A DNA stretch of 64,000 nucleotides from Mayamaea pseudoterrestris (Eukaryota), in NCBI GenBank assembly GCA_027923505.1, contig BROI01000013.1:806001-870000 (forward strand), in the 5' to 3' direction. A model generated the notes under the pieces. It was not told where the DNA came from. It saw only the letters and a list, made by a program, of their open reading frames with translations, and made no database searches. Position numbers and translations under genes: made by a program. This document shows positions 12,319-24,545 of the stretch, one piece after another; position 1 is the stretch's first letter; each line of letters starts with the position of its first letter.

Positions 12319-13284
12319 ATGTCAGATTCCGATGACAGCAGCAGCACCAACTCCAGCAACTATAACAACAATTACTGGATCGACTTTGTTTCCGGCTGGT
12401 GCGCGGGAGCGGTAGGCGTTTTGTTGGTGCAGCCGGTCGATACCTTGCTGACGCGCCACCAGGCTGGACTGCATACTAATGGCAATGGTTTAATGAGAGC
12501 GGCAACCAAAACCACTCCATCACTACTCTATAAAGGCGCCTGGCCCATGATTTGGACCGTGCCGCTGCAGAATACCTTGCTCATGGGTGGTTACGGCATT
12601 GGACAATCCTACTACAATTCCGAAGATGCATCAAGGTGGCAACAGTATGCGGCAATTTTGGTGAGTGGAACGTTGGGAGGCATTGCGCAATCCTTTTTAA
12701 TGAGTCCAGTCGAACTGGTCAAGATTCAAAGGCAGTGTGCGCCAATGGTGGCAGCGAGCAGTGCTGGTGGTGCAATGGCAGCGTCTACCACCACAACAGC
12801 ATTCTCTACTATACCAATGTCATCAGCATTGCAACAATCACCACCACTAACCGTTTGGAAGGTGCCACTCCGCGGCCTCGGAGCAACGCTGCTCCGCGAC
12901 GGCATTCCGCACGGCGTGTGGTTCGTCGCCTACCAGTGGTGCAAGGACGAAATGGAGTCACAATATGATGATTCAACACCCACATCAGCAGCAGTGACAA
13001 TTCCACTCGTTTCGGGCGCCTTTGCCGCGACCGTCGCCTGGGGCGTGGGATATCCCGCCGATATAATTAAGACCAAGATTCAGTACGCGTCTTCGTCGCA
13101 GCAGTCAACAACCAATGTGTCCATATTCCAAACGGTGCAACATATCATGCGCGCCCATCCACATGTTTGGCACCGCGGCCTGTACGCAGGGTTCGGCTGG
13201 AAGCTGGTGCGCGCCATTCCTTCCAGCATGGTGGGATTTGGTGTCTATGAAGTCGTCAAGCAGCAAATTGTGCAGCGATTGTAG
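12319..13284 (+). CDS. Mitochondrial carrier (SLC25) family protein, carnitine/basic amino acid carrier-like
   Basis: Three Px[DE]xx[KR]x[RK]-type signatures (QPVDTLLTRHQ, SPVELVKIQRQ, YPADIIKTKIQ), plus GLGATLLRDGIP and LVRAIP; 321 aa, single exon. Confidence 0.9.
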   Translation: MSDSDDSSSTNSSNYNNNYWIDFVSGWCAGAVGVLLVQPVDTLLTRHQAGLHTNGNGLMRAATKTTPSLLYKGAWPMIWTVPLQNTLLMGGYGIGQSYYNSEDASRWQQYAAILVSGTLGGIAQSFLMSPVELVKIQRQCAPMVAASSAGGAMAASTTTTAFSTIPMSSALQQSPPLTVWKVPLRGLGATLLRDGIPHGVWFVAYQWCKDEMESQYDDSTPTSAAVTIPLVSGAFAATVAWGVGYPADIIKTKIQYASSSQQSTTNVSIFQTVQHIMRAHPHVWHRGLYAGFGWKLVRAIPSSMVGFGVYEVVKQQIVQRL

Positions 13285-13947
13285 GAGTATTGCATAAAAT
13301 ATACAGTGGTGGCGGTGGTGCATTCGCACGTTGCTCTGCAGTACACTGGAGGACGCATTCGCTCTGCGCCCTGCTGGGCCACAATATGAGGCGCACTTTG
13401 TGCTTCGCTTGGCATATGAGCTTGTTTTCGACAGTGCTCTTGTACATATTTTCCATTCTGCTACTTACGCACAAATTGTAGATAACAATAATAGCATTTG
13501 CAAAAAGTCACTGCCACTCATGAGTATACTATAACATCATTACACTCGTAAAGTATCTATTGAAGCAATCGTATTAGCGCAATAGCTACACGAGAACGTG
13601 TTTGCAATCTGCTGTCCAGTTGAGATTGAGTGTCTGCGGTGTTAGCGTGTCTTGCGTTTCGACTTCTCGTCATTGTTATGATTGCAGTGGACTCGCTGCT
13701 TCTGCTGACCTTGCTCGACTTCTGGCAGCTGTTTCTTGAATCCACGCCCATAACTTTGGCGTAGTGGGTGTCATTTTTTGTCCATGCTGTCTTCGTGGAG
13801 AAGACTAATTGCTAGGGCAAAGAATGAGCTGTTTTTTTGCGGCTCAAGTCAAAATGTTGCGGATTGTAACCAAGCTTTCCCGCCACAATGAAGCTCAAAC
13901 TTACGAAAAGGCAAGCAGAGTTCGTTGTTTCACTAAACACAACTGCT

Positions 13948-15378
13948 TCAAGCATGACTGCCAATATTCTCAATCGCCGCTTCAACGACACCATTCACTT
14001 CACAGTCATGCCACAGGACGGCACACCGCGGCTGCGGCGGCAACCACATGGCCATGCGCGAAAACTTGCTCGGCAATCCATGCTTGGTGCCAGTGCTCAT
14101 GACAATGCAGGTGCAATCCACCAGTAGCTTCAAGTCAACCCACACTTGCAGCAAGGCGGCCTTGGGGTGGTGCAGCCGACTTGGAACGGTCCGGTCAATG
14201 TGGTATATCTCGGCGTCGCTGGATGTTGTCACGACGGAAGTATCCAGTTTCTGCAAGGCAAGCTTGACCTCGTTCGTGTCGGCCGTCACAAAGATTGGCA
14301 GCAACGTTGACGGCTCGCGAGTCGCATTCGTCGAAACAAACCGCTGACTGTATAGCCGCTGCATTTTCTGCGCACACTTCAAATACACTTGCCACGCTTT
14401 TTCCTCACTGCTTTCGGTGAATGGATCATGAAAGCTGGCGCCGCGTCCGGTGCGCACGTGCAGCGCCAAGTAGTTTTTGTTCGAAAGGGATGATTGACGA
14501 AATAACTGCGTCGCACGCTCCACCGCTGGCGACCACTGAAAGAGCGTCCAAAAGGCAGTTCGATAGAGCGAGCTGCTTATGTCAACGTGCCGCAAACACG
14601 TATACGTTTCGCGCATGAACGATTCCTCCAGCCAAACGTTAATGAGCAAGTCAATGTTTCCATCGGGCAGCAAGGAGGGATTCACCATGTACTTGCTGTT
14701 TGCTTGATCAATGAGATCCACCAGAGTCGCTTCTCTCGACGCTTCCTCTTGCGTCGCAATCCAATCAATGCAGTTTGGCGTTAAATAGTCCTGCAGCGGC
14801 GCCGGACTGTACCATTCAATCAGTATGCGTCGATTCGTGCACACGCCCATGTAAAAGGCTTGCAGTATACCGGAAATGCGATCGCCCACGCCGCCGCAGT
14901 TTCCGGATCGCGGACATACGTAGCGAATGTATGGAACGCTCCTGTTACGATTGAGCAGTATGTAGTCTTTGAGCCATTCTGGAGTGCTTTCTGCAATCGG
15001 TTTATGCGTTCGAATAGCAATCGCATCGCTGCTTTGAACGAAAGAATTCCTCGCCTCGATCAGCGATTCCAATTGAGATACATACATTGGCTTTGTAATC
15101 ATTTGACCCGCAAAGTCGTTTCGTGGAACATATTTGGAAGCTGCAAAGTGATTCATTGACAAGGAATCGTAGCTACTTGTCCATGCTAAAACGAGGACGA
15201 GCAGGCAGGCGACAGAGGCCAAAATGATGTAGCGGCGCAAGCGTCTCTTTCTTGTTACATACTGGCGACATTTGTACAGCCAACGTAGATACATGGCTTT
15301 TTCGCAGTTCCAACATGATAATCGAGAAGAAAAACAGCCCAGCGGACGCGTCGTTTGTTGCTCGTCCTCCATGGCCAT
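13948..15378 (-). CDS. Type II membrane GT-B glycosyltransferase, fucosyltransferase-like
   Basis: N-terminal TM anchor after a basic stretch. GGVGDRISGI, LALHVRTG, IFVTADT and SKFS resemble GDP-fucose-binding motifs of inverting fucosyltransferases. Confidence 0.65.
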   Translation of the reverse strand: MAMEDEQQTTRPLGCFSSRLSCWNCEKAMYLRWLYKCRQYVTRKRRLRRYIILASVACLLVLVLAWTSSYDSLSMNHFAASKYVPRNDFAGQMITKPMYVSQLESLIEARNSFVQSSDAIAIRTHKPIAESTPEWLKDYILLNRNRSVPYIRYVCPRSGNCGGVGDRISGILQAFYMGVCTNRRILIEWYSPAPLQDYLTPNCIDWIATQEEASREATLVDLIDQANSKYMVNPSLLPDGNIDLLINVWLEESFMRETYTCLRHVDISSSLYRTAFWTLFQWSPAVERATQLFRQSSLSNKNYLALHVRTGRGASFHDPFTESSEEKAWQVYLKCAQKMQRLYSQRFVSTNATREPSTLLPIFVTADTNEVKLALQKLDTSVVTTSSDAEIYHIDRTVPSRLHHPKAALLQVWVDLKLLVDCTCIVMSTGTKHGLPSKFSRMAMWLPPQPRCAVLWHDCEVNGVVEAAIENIGSHA

Positions 15379-16312
15379 CGCTAATCGGAATGGCTCCTTG
15401 TCGCACCGTTATAAAATAAGTTCAGGCGGATGTGCTCCAAGATGGACGTGAAAGTCGCCATGCGACATGCACATTTCACTCGCCAGCGCTCCATCCATCA
15501 CCATGGCGGAATTCTTTTGCTTCTACAAACACCGATTGTACGCTCCTGCACCAAAAAATCACGACAAAGATGAAAGAGAAAGTCTCTATATATTCGACGA
15601 ATGGATCGATCGATTTTACAACTTAAGGCTACTGCCTATCACAACGGATAAAACGGAAGCACATCGAACGGAAGCCGGAGCAACATGAGCTGCGTGCGGA
15701 AGCAGCGAAGCAGCCGAACGTATGCCGCCATTTAGTCGGTCACGAAATATTGTTTTCCTCGCAGGAGATGAAACAACTTTGACCTGCAACGAAACATGGA
15801 TCCATCTACCAGTGCCTGCTGCTAAACTTGTATAATGAGCAAAACCACCAAAAGACTGTTTCGCCCGTTTCGCAAGACTGCGTTTCACACATGCAGTGCA
15901 TGTCACGGAGCCGGAACGGCGAAAGGCGCTCGGAGTTGGAAGGTCATTATTCCTTTGTTCCGGCCAATTGTCGTTTGGAGTATAGCTTGGCCGCATTGAC
16001 GAGCAGTCTCTCTCAGCCGTGCATTGAAGTGGCGCCACTCCAACGAGTCATTGTGCATCACATTATAGAACGCCTCGACTGCTACGACTGCAGCTCAAGA
16101 GTCACGGGGCAAGTGTACATGCATACGATTCCCCTCTTCAATGACCTTCTGGACGGAACTGCCAAATAGTCCCATGGGACTCGCAGGTCAAGCGCCTCTT
16201 GACGAACAAGAGACACCCTCACAATTCACTGAATAGGAGAGGACGCCGGCGCAGTGCAGTGCAGTCGATCACTTTATATATCTTGTTGACGACTAACCAT
16301 CAGCTATTTATT

Positions 16313-17861
16313 ATGAAGCTCCCTCATTCCACTCGATGCAGCATGGCGCTTTGCCTTTTCATGTCCTCCTCCATTGCCGCTGACGCCACCGTTCGATACG
16401 ACCACGCCAATGCAACCGCCACCACGAATCAACTGCCAACACTACAAGTAGTCACTGGCGGAACCAGCAACGAGTTACTAACGACGCCACTAAACGCGTC
16501 CCTTGGAGACACGGATAGCTTTATAGTCGGTGGAACGCTGGCACGACAGGGCGACTTTCGAAAGTAAGTTGTTTAGTAATATATAGTGATGGTTGAGAAG
16601 TGATTGGTTGACTTGTTGGAACAATGAGTATCGGCAATGGCTTGCGTAATAAGCACCGAGGATTGTGTTCACTCGTCGTTGCACAGTCTACTCACGCAGT
16701 ACCTCTATTGTAACACATCTTGCAGTTTCGTACAAGGCAACGGCTGCGGCGGCACCTTGATTGCACCCGACATTGTCCTCACGGCCGCTCACTGTCGCAA
16801 CGCCTTTTCCGGTCAAGTTCTAGTCAGCGCCATGGTGTACGACTCGCCCAACGAGGGGGCGCAGTGGCGCAACGTTCGCAGCAGCATGCATGTACATCCC
16901 GCATTCGTTGGACCAGGCTCGGGCTACGACTTTATGCTCTTCAAGATTGATGCCATTTACAACGTGAGACCTGCTCCCATTAATCGAAACATGAACTATC
17001 CCAACAATCGCCAAAAGCTGCAAGTGTGCGGGTTTGGAGCCCGCCACTCGGGCGGCTACGGCACGAACCGCTTGCGCAAGGTCAACGTTGAATTGGTGTC
17101 AAAAAAGAAGTGCAACGTCAACTACGGACAAGGCCGCATCAAGGGACGCACCATGCTTTGCGCGGGTAATCCCACGACGGGAGGAAGGGATAGCTGTCAG
17201 GGTGACTCGGGCGGTCCGCTGTATGATGCGTACGGCAAGCTTGTGGGAATCGTTTCGTGGGGTGATGGTTGTGGGTTGGCCAACAAGCCGGTATGTGATT
17301 GTGACAGGCATGTTTCTGAAATAAAGCGAAGAGAATCACTCGTCTCACTTTATTTGTATCTTATACCAGGGCGTTTACGCACGAGTATCGGGAGCCGCGG
17401 CATGGATCGAAAGCACTGCATGTGCGCTCGGAAGTCAAGCGAGCTGGTGCAGAAACAAGTCTGCCGCTAGAGTCGCAACAACCGCTGCAACAGCAGCACC
17501 AGCAGCTACCGTGACCTTGCCGAAAGCAGCTGCCAGCGCGACTGTCAGTGCGACCGTCACTGTTCAGTATGATGCGCATCCGGAGGAATTTGGCTGGAGC
17601 ATTGTTGACGAAAACACTGGAGCTACCAAGGCGTCGTATCCGTCAAACACGTTTTACGAGCCACAAAAGCTTCTATCTGGTGTTATTGATCTGGAGCGGG
17701 GTCATACGTACACTTTAATCACCAACGATACCTTTGGAGATGGCATTTGCTGTCAAAACGGCAATGGTTACTTGGAGATTAGCTTGGACGGCCAATCACT
17801 CGTCAATCACTGGGGTGACATCGGCGCGGCATGGAACACGAGCTTTACCGTGCCCATATAG
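16313..17861 (+). CDS. Secreted trypsin-like S1 serine protease with C-terminal extension; exons 16313-16563, 16726-17290, 17370-17861
   Basis: Signal peptide, IVGG activation site, triad motifs LTAAHC / YDFML / GDSGGP, Asp in the S1 pocket (RDSCQ). PGVYARVS is restored by splicing. C-terminal domain contains DTFGDGICC. Confidence 0.92.
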
Positions 17862-18161
17862 CAGTAGGGATGCAAGTTACGAAAATTGTTAACATTACTG
17901 TTCTGATTCGTTACTTGTAACGATACGCTCATCGCTAGATTGTCAGCATCGTAGCAACACAGTAGCATGGCTATAACTGAACTACAGTAAAGACTGTTGT
18001 AGTAAAGACTCGTCCACAAATAAAAATCACTAATTACTAATATTCGTCCTTTTTACTAATACTTCTTCATTTCACGCAACAACTAAACACCACAAAACAA
18101 TTTCATCACACCTCGTTCGACACCTTGCACTTTCAATTTTTCACTCCTACTGCAACCTATT

Positions 18162-18800
18162 TCAAACAACGACATCCGTATTCGTATTCGCCTGACCAGA
18201 AACATTGGACGTTGGCTCCGTCATGGTGCTCATGGGTGTAACTGGTTCTGCAGTACTATTCGTCGCCGTTGGAGCTGGCGCCGGAGCGTCGGCATACACT
18301 GGATCCGGCACTGTAGCCAGCGGCATGGCGGCCGCCGCCGACGTGGACATGGCCGCCAATCCAGCCGTACCGGCGGCGGTGTCGGCTGGGTTCGTAGTGC
18401 CAGAAGTAGTATTTCCAGTAGTTCCAGTACCAGCAGACGTTGGTTTCACTTGAATCTTGCGCTCCGTCTCGCGATGAATGCGTTCAATTTCCTCCTGCAG
18501 CTCGTCAATCTCGCGCTGCTCCTGCATGAGTTCGTTCTTGCACTGCTCGACGATTGCTTGTAGTTCGCTGTCAGTCGCGTCGTTCTCCAGGACGCGCGTC
18601 ATGTAGTCGACGCCAAACTGCTTTTTGCGATTCGCAATCTTCATTTCCTTGACTTTGATTTTGGCGCGCTCGTCCGTCGACTGCACTTGGCCGCTGCAGC
18701 GAGTGAAGCAATTCTTGGTGGCGCGCAGCAAATGCTGCATGAAAGACTCGTGATGATTGTCACTGTTGCTAGTAGTGGAAGCTGGTGATGACGACGCCAT
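18162..18800 (-). CDS. Hypothetical protein with coiled-coil core and A/T/P-rich tail
   Basis: ATG at 18800; heptad-like E/Q/K region (CKNELMQEQREIDELQEEIERIHRE); low-complexity C-terminus. Confidence 0.65.
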   Translation of the reverse strand: MASSSPASTTSNSDNHHESFMQHLLRATKNCFTRCSGQVQSTDERAKIKVKEMKIANRKKQFGVDYMTRVLENDATDSELQAIVEQCKNELMQEQREIDELQEEIERIHRETERKIQVKPTSAGTGTTGNTTSGTTNPADTAAGTAGLAAMSTSAAAAMPLATVPDPVYADAPAPAPTATNSTAEPVTPMSTMTEPTSNVSGQANTNTDVVV

Positions 18801-18901
18801 GGTGAGAAGCAAGGATCGAGTGGAGAGTTTTCTAGTATCAGCAGCTCAATCAAGCCAGCAAGCTTTGTCAAGCTATATGCAAGCGCTTAATATGATAGTC
18901 T

Positions 18902-19206
18902 TGTTGCGCGCACAAGATCAATATTCTTGAAAGCTCGGAACAAGACGATGCGAAGAGGTGCTTCTCCGCAAGATCTTGGTGCGCTTGGCCGAAAATGGCC
19001 ATGTCACGCATGTCACGCGTTCGGAAGAAAGATGACGTGGCATGTAACGATGCGAGGCAAGTGGCAGAACGGGCGGACAGGAAAGGAAGAAGAAGGTGGC
19101 GAGAGATCACTTCTTGGAGAAAATAAGTAAAGTGGTTTTATTGACCTGTTCTGCTTAATCATTAGTGTCGCTTCAAGGGCGCGCAAGATATATTCTAGAT
19201 CCAACA
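18902..19206 (+). repeat. 5' LTR of Copia A (start uncertain; 19105-19206 shared with the 3' LTR)
   Basis: TGTTG at 18902 and CCAACA at 19206; the last 102 bp match 24102-24204 apart from one indel. Confidence 0.7.
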
Positions 19207-19233
19207 TTTTCTCCAAGAAGCGAGTGAAAAGAC

Positions 19234-22200
19234 ATGTCTTCGACGAGCAATACCCGACGACAGGAGCGGCGTGAGCGGTGGAGGTGCACCTCCCGCCCGC
19301 CAGCAAGCGAAGGAAACCGACGCAACGTCATTATCGTCGTGGGAATCGTGCTGGGAATCGTTCCGGGAATCAAGGCAACGGTAACAGACTCAACGGACCG
19401 AGTCGTGCGCCGAGTGGAAATTTCAGCGAAGCGAGCCGACGCTCGCTGGATTCATCTACGACTATAACGGTTCGCGCGATCCCGATGGATTCATCCGTAC
19501 GACGAACGAGATCATCACTTTCGTCGGGCGCTCCTACAAGAAATATACCAAGGAGCTGCTCAAGGGCATGCGCAACGTGGAACTGGAGATTCCTGACGAG
19601 CCTGCACGTCCAACGAAGGATGCCGACACGACGGACTCGGACTGGTCCATAATGCTCGAGGAATACAAGGCCGACAAGAAAGAGCATGTCGAGCGCGTGC
19701 GTGTATACCCGACTTCCTCGCTGGTCTCTACGCCGTGTTGCATGGACAATGCACGAGCGTATGAAGGATCGTGTCAAGTCGCACGCCAAGTTCCGAGACG
19801 CCGAGGAGGACACGGACGGAATTAAGTTGCTGGCGATTATCAAGGAGATCTCGCATACGTACGAAGGGCGCTGCAAACTTGTGGATCAAGTCGTGGACAT
19901 TCAAGCTGAGTTGTTCGACGTACTCAAGGAGCGCGCGAAAGCCTGCAGAAATATTACGAAAGCATGGTCACGCTGGCAGACGTGGCGAAGGCGGTTGGCG
20001 TCACGATGCACAACGAGATTGTGGCGTTATGTGTAGATCTCGGTGGTCGCCGTATCATTAAAAAAAAGGAGGATATCAAGGCCGCCGAAGAGCTCGAGCT
20101 TGCGATGCTTTTCGTGCGTGGCGCAACGGGCGAATACGCTGGGTATTGCAAGCACTTGCGCAACTGCTACCTCGACGGGCACGACAACTTCCCGTTGACG
20201 ATCCACGATGCATACAACATCATGCAGCGTCGTGAGCATGCGGATGGAGAAGCCACGTTGCCAACGAACGAGGGCGTGGCGTTTCACACGACTGGTACAG
20301 CGCGTGACCCTCCCAGATGCTGGACCTGTCAACAGGTTGGTCATGTGCAGCGAGACTGTCCTACGAGAACGGAGTCTACGGAGAGTGCGCCGGCTGCAGA
20401 GGCTAGTGGGGCGCAGCACTTCACGCTGGGTAGCGAGGAAGAAAGCGATGACGACGATGAGGTCGGATACATGTTCGCGCAGCCGCCGAAGGTGAACATC
20501 TCGAAGAAGGCTGTGCTCTTGGACAATCAGTCGACAGTGGATCTGTTCTGCAACGCCAAGATGCTGACGAACATTCGCCCGGTGCCAACGTGGATGGTGA
20601 CGGCGCAACGCTGGTACAGTAAGACGAACATGATGGGCGACCTGAGGGCTATGGTCCGGTGTGGTGGTATCCGCAGGGACTGGCGAACATTTTGAGTTTG
20701 GCGCAAGTCCGCAAGAAGTTTACCGTGGAGTATCTCATGCACGGCGTGGATCGTCCAATGTTCGTTGTGGAGAAGCCGGATGGTAAGCAGCGAGAGTTTG
20801 TCGAGACTGACTCTGGGCTGTATGTTTGCGAGAGCTTTTCGAAGGGCAAGCGCAGCGATGTCAAGGATGGAGTGGCGATGTTGACTACGGTAGACGATAA
20901 CCGTACTAACTACACCAATGATGACTATTTACGCGCTGTTAGAGCTAGGGAACTGCAAATCAAAATTGGACGGCCAAGCCTCAAGGATTACCTGCGCATC
21001 GTTACTAGCAATCAGTTGCCGAACTGTCCTGTGACGAAGGCCGACATCCTGGCTGCTGAGCACATCTTTGGACCAGATGTTGGCTCGTTAAAAGGAAAGA
21101 CGACGCGTCGCGCGTCGCATCTGGTGAAGCCTGCGATTGTTGAGCAGCTTCCACCGGCTATCACGAGTCGCTATCGAGACGTTACCTTTGTGCTGACATC
21201 ATGTATATCAACAAAGTCCCTATGTTGGTGACGTTCTCCCGCAGCATTCGTTTTGCTACGGTTGAGGTGATTCAAAACCGTACGCTTCCGGTTATGTTGA
21301 AGGCAATCGAGTCTGTGTTGAAGATTTACGCACGCGGTGGGTTCCGTGTCGTCGCGGCTCTGATGGATGGGGAGTTCGCTCCAATGCTTGGCGCGTTGGC
21401 TGATCTCGGAGTGGCGCTCAATGCGACATCTGAGGATGAACACGTTGGCGAAATTGAACGTTTTATCCGTGTCGTGAAAGAACGGGTGCGCGCGACATAC
21501 AACACGTTGCCATTTAAGCACGTGCCGGCACGCTTGGTTATCGAAATGACGAAGTCTGCCGTGTTTTGCTGAATGCGTTTTCCGAACGAGCGTGGCATTT
21601 CGAAGGATCTCAGTCCACGCACTATTGTGACTGGTCAGACAGTTGACTTTAATCGGCATTGCAAGTATGAATTTGGTCAGTATGTGCAAACGCATGAGTC
21701 GCACAGCAATGACATGCAGGCGCGCACGATCGGTGCGCTGGCTCTGCGCCCGACTGGTAATGTGCAGGGTGGGTTTTATTTCCTCAGTTTGTCTTCGGGC
21801 AAAGTTCTGAATCGTGGGCACGCTACGCCTTTGCCCATGCCTGATGATGTCATTGAGCGCGTGCATCGTCTCGCTCGTCAACAGAAGGCCAATCCGGGCA
21901 TCGTGTTCATGGACCGCCACCGTGTTGCGGAGGCTGCTGAGCCAGTCATGTGGCACGAAGATGACGCCGAGGATGATGATGACTCTGATTATGATGACGA
22001 CGCTTCGCGGTGACGACGACTCTGCCGGCGGAAGCGAAGGAGTGAATGCGACCGATGACGACGACGACGACGACGATGGTGCTGACGGCGCAATCGAAGG
22101 AGTGCCGAACGACGAGGATGGTGAGGCCATTGACGGCGAACTTGACGACGCGCCAGCCGTGGATGATGGCGAAATTGAAGGAGTGCCCGATGAAGGCGAA

Positions 22201-24064
22201 ATTGAAGGAGTGCCAGCTGCTGCAGACGAAGAGGATTTCGATGCGCGCTATGGCCCACGCACTGGTCGGTATGGCCTGCGTGCGCGCAAACCTCGCTCGT
22301 TCGCTCATTTGTTCACGCTCGACGCTGCAGAGGAAGTGTCGGAGCCACTCGTCACGGCACAGATGAATATGCGACAAGGTTTAAAGGCTTTTGGCGATGC
22401 TGGAGTGGAGGCAGTGCGCAAGGAAATGCAGCAGCTACACGACAGGCACGTCATGAAGGCAGTCCCCAATGCACTCTGACTCCGCAGCAGCGCAAGGACG
22501 CTCTGGCGTATTTGATGTTTCTCAAGCGCAAGAGATGCGGGACTGTGAAGGGACGCGGATGCGCGGATGGACGCAAGCAACGAGCATACACTGCAAAGGA
22601 AGACGCAGCATCTCCAACGATAGCGACAGAGGCCATCTTTCTGACAGCTATCATTGACGCTATGGAAGGGCGCGAGGTTGCTGTGGTTGATGTACCGGGT
22701 GCTTTCATGCAAGCGGAAATGGATGAGTTGGTGCACGTTCGTTTCACTGGGAAGATGGTGGAGCTACTGTTGGAAATTGATCGCGAGATGTACGAGCCTT
22801 GCGTCACAATGGAGAATGGCGAGAAAGTCATGTATGTTGAATTACTCATGGCGCTTTATGGTACGCTTCGAGCAGCGCGACTATTCTGGGAGAAGTTGTC
22901 CGCAAAATTGCTTGAGTGGGGCTTCGAGAAGAACCCGTACGATCCGTGTGTGTGCAACAAGATTGTCAATGGGAAGCAAATCACCGGTTGATGTCACGTG
23001 GACGATTTTAATATTTCGCACGTCGACGTGAGCGTAGTGGATGAGTTCATCGCGCAGATGGATGAGGAGTTTGGCAAGGAGACTCCAATGAATAAGTCAC
23101 GCGGAAAAGTGCACGACTACCTCGGCATGGTATTGACTATACTAAGCCTGGAGAAGTAGCAATCAACATGGTTGACTATGTGAAGAACATCCTGCATCAT
23201 GCGCCAGACGACATGGATGGAACGGCAGCTACTCCGGCAGCCAGTCACTTGTTTCAGATATCGGAAAATCCTGTCATGTTGAGCGAAGCGAAGAAGCAGA
23301 TTTTTGTGACGATTGTGATGCAGTGTCTGTATCTGAGTCAGCGAGCGCGACCGGATATTCGCACAGCGATTTCTTTCTTGAGCACGAGGCTGCAGCAGCC
23401 TGACGAAGACGACTATAAGAAGGCTGCAAGAGTGATTAAATATTTACGCGGAAGCGTGGACATGGTGTTGACGCTGAAGGCGGACCAGTCCGGGATAGTC
23501 CAGTGGTGGGTGGATGCGTCGTACGCGGTGCACCCAGACATGAAGGGTCACACTGGTGGAACAATGACACTTGGCCAAGGATCAGTGTACAGTACGTCGG
23601 CTAAACAGAAGTTGGTAACAAGAAGCTCGACGGAGAGCGAAGTTGTGGGAGTTCATGATGTGCTACCGCAGTTGCTGTGGACAGGATATTTTCTGAAGGC
23701 GCAAGGTTTCGGGGTCAAAGACACGAAATTGTATCAAGACAATATGAGTTCAATGCTGTTGGAAAAGAATGGCAGAAGCTCAAGTACAAAGCGCACGCGA
23801 CACATGAATGTTCGGTACTTCTTTGTGAAAGATCGCGTGGCAGCTGGTGAAGTCAACATTGAGCATTGTCCGACCGGAGACATGGTCGCGGATTTCTTCA
23901 CGAAACCATTGCAGGGAGCCCAGTTTGGCAAGCTCCGCAACCTGGTTATGAATCTGGCCTCGAGCAGTAAGTACTACTCGGCCCAAAGGAGTGTGTTGAG
24001 CATGGATGAGAACCCAAACCGAAGCGGCAGCGGTGACGTCACGAAGACGGTCACATTTAAGTAA
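19234..24064 (+). pseudogene. Copia A gag-pol, broken by several frameshifts/stops (decay or sequencing error)
   Basis: Homologous segments are spread over ORFs 19234-, 19686-, 19964-, 20659-, 21201-, 21573-, 21814-, 22512- and 23168-24064; in-frame TGA at 21570-21572. Confidence 0.8.
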
Positions 24065-24204
24065 GCGCGGTAAGCGGCAACCGAAGGAGTGGATCGAGGA
24101 CGATCACTTCTTGGAGAAAATAAGTAAAGTGGTTTTATTGACTCTGTTCTGCTTAATCATTAGTGTCGCTTCAAGGGCGCGCAAGATATATTCTAGATCC
24201 AACA
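23994..24204 (+). repeat. 3' LTR of Copia A
   Basis: TGTTG follows the purine tract and the repeat ends CCAACA; the pol ORF runs into it (stop at 24064). Confidence 0.85.
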
Positions 24205-24341
24205 TACCACACGATGCTTTGCTCGACCATGGAGATTTTGGCAATGCGCAAGGCGCACCATTTTCGAAACGATTTTTACCAGTATAGTCGCTTGTTTGAA
24301 GTCAACATCAAACTAAACATCTGGAACCAAATTCATGTATT

Positions 24342-24545
24342 ATGAGAATATTCCAATTTCACTGCTGCTGCTTGTCGCCCAAGCATGTACTTCCGCTCGT
24401 CTTTATGTTTGCCTGGATGACGTTGCTTTATAAACAAGCCGACCGTCATTCCAGATTCATGGAAAATACAGCGTTAATATCCATGAAGGAATTTGCGTCG
24501 AATCCGTCAATGCTGAATAATGGTGCAGTCGCAAGAATAGACAGA
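24342..24545 (+). pseudogene. Possible 5' remnant of a type II membrane protein gene cut off by the Copia B junction
   Basis: MRIFQFHCCCLSPKHVLPLVFMFAWMTLLYKQADRHSRF has a hydrophobic anchor plus stem, then reads directly into LTR sequence at 24546. Confidence 0.3.

Larger units (their letters stand above)
18902..24204 (+). mobile_element. Ty1/Copia LTR retrotransposon, family A (CoDi-like), frameshifted
   Basis: Domain order is gag zinc knuckle CWTCQQVGHVQRDC, protease LLDNQST, integrase (DGEF...EHVGEIER), RT (KGRGCADG, ALYG, HVDD), RNase H (VDASYA, STESE, QDNMS, ADFFTKPL). TG...CA termini; purine tract AAAGGAG before the 3' LTR. Confidence 0.92.

Noticed and set aside
22162..22215. Short tandem duplication (GEIEGVP) in Copia A
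   Set aside because: Ordinary slippage in the acidic integrase-RT linker.
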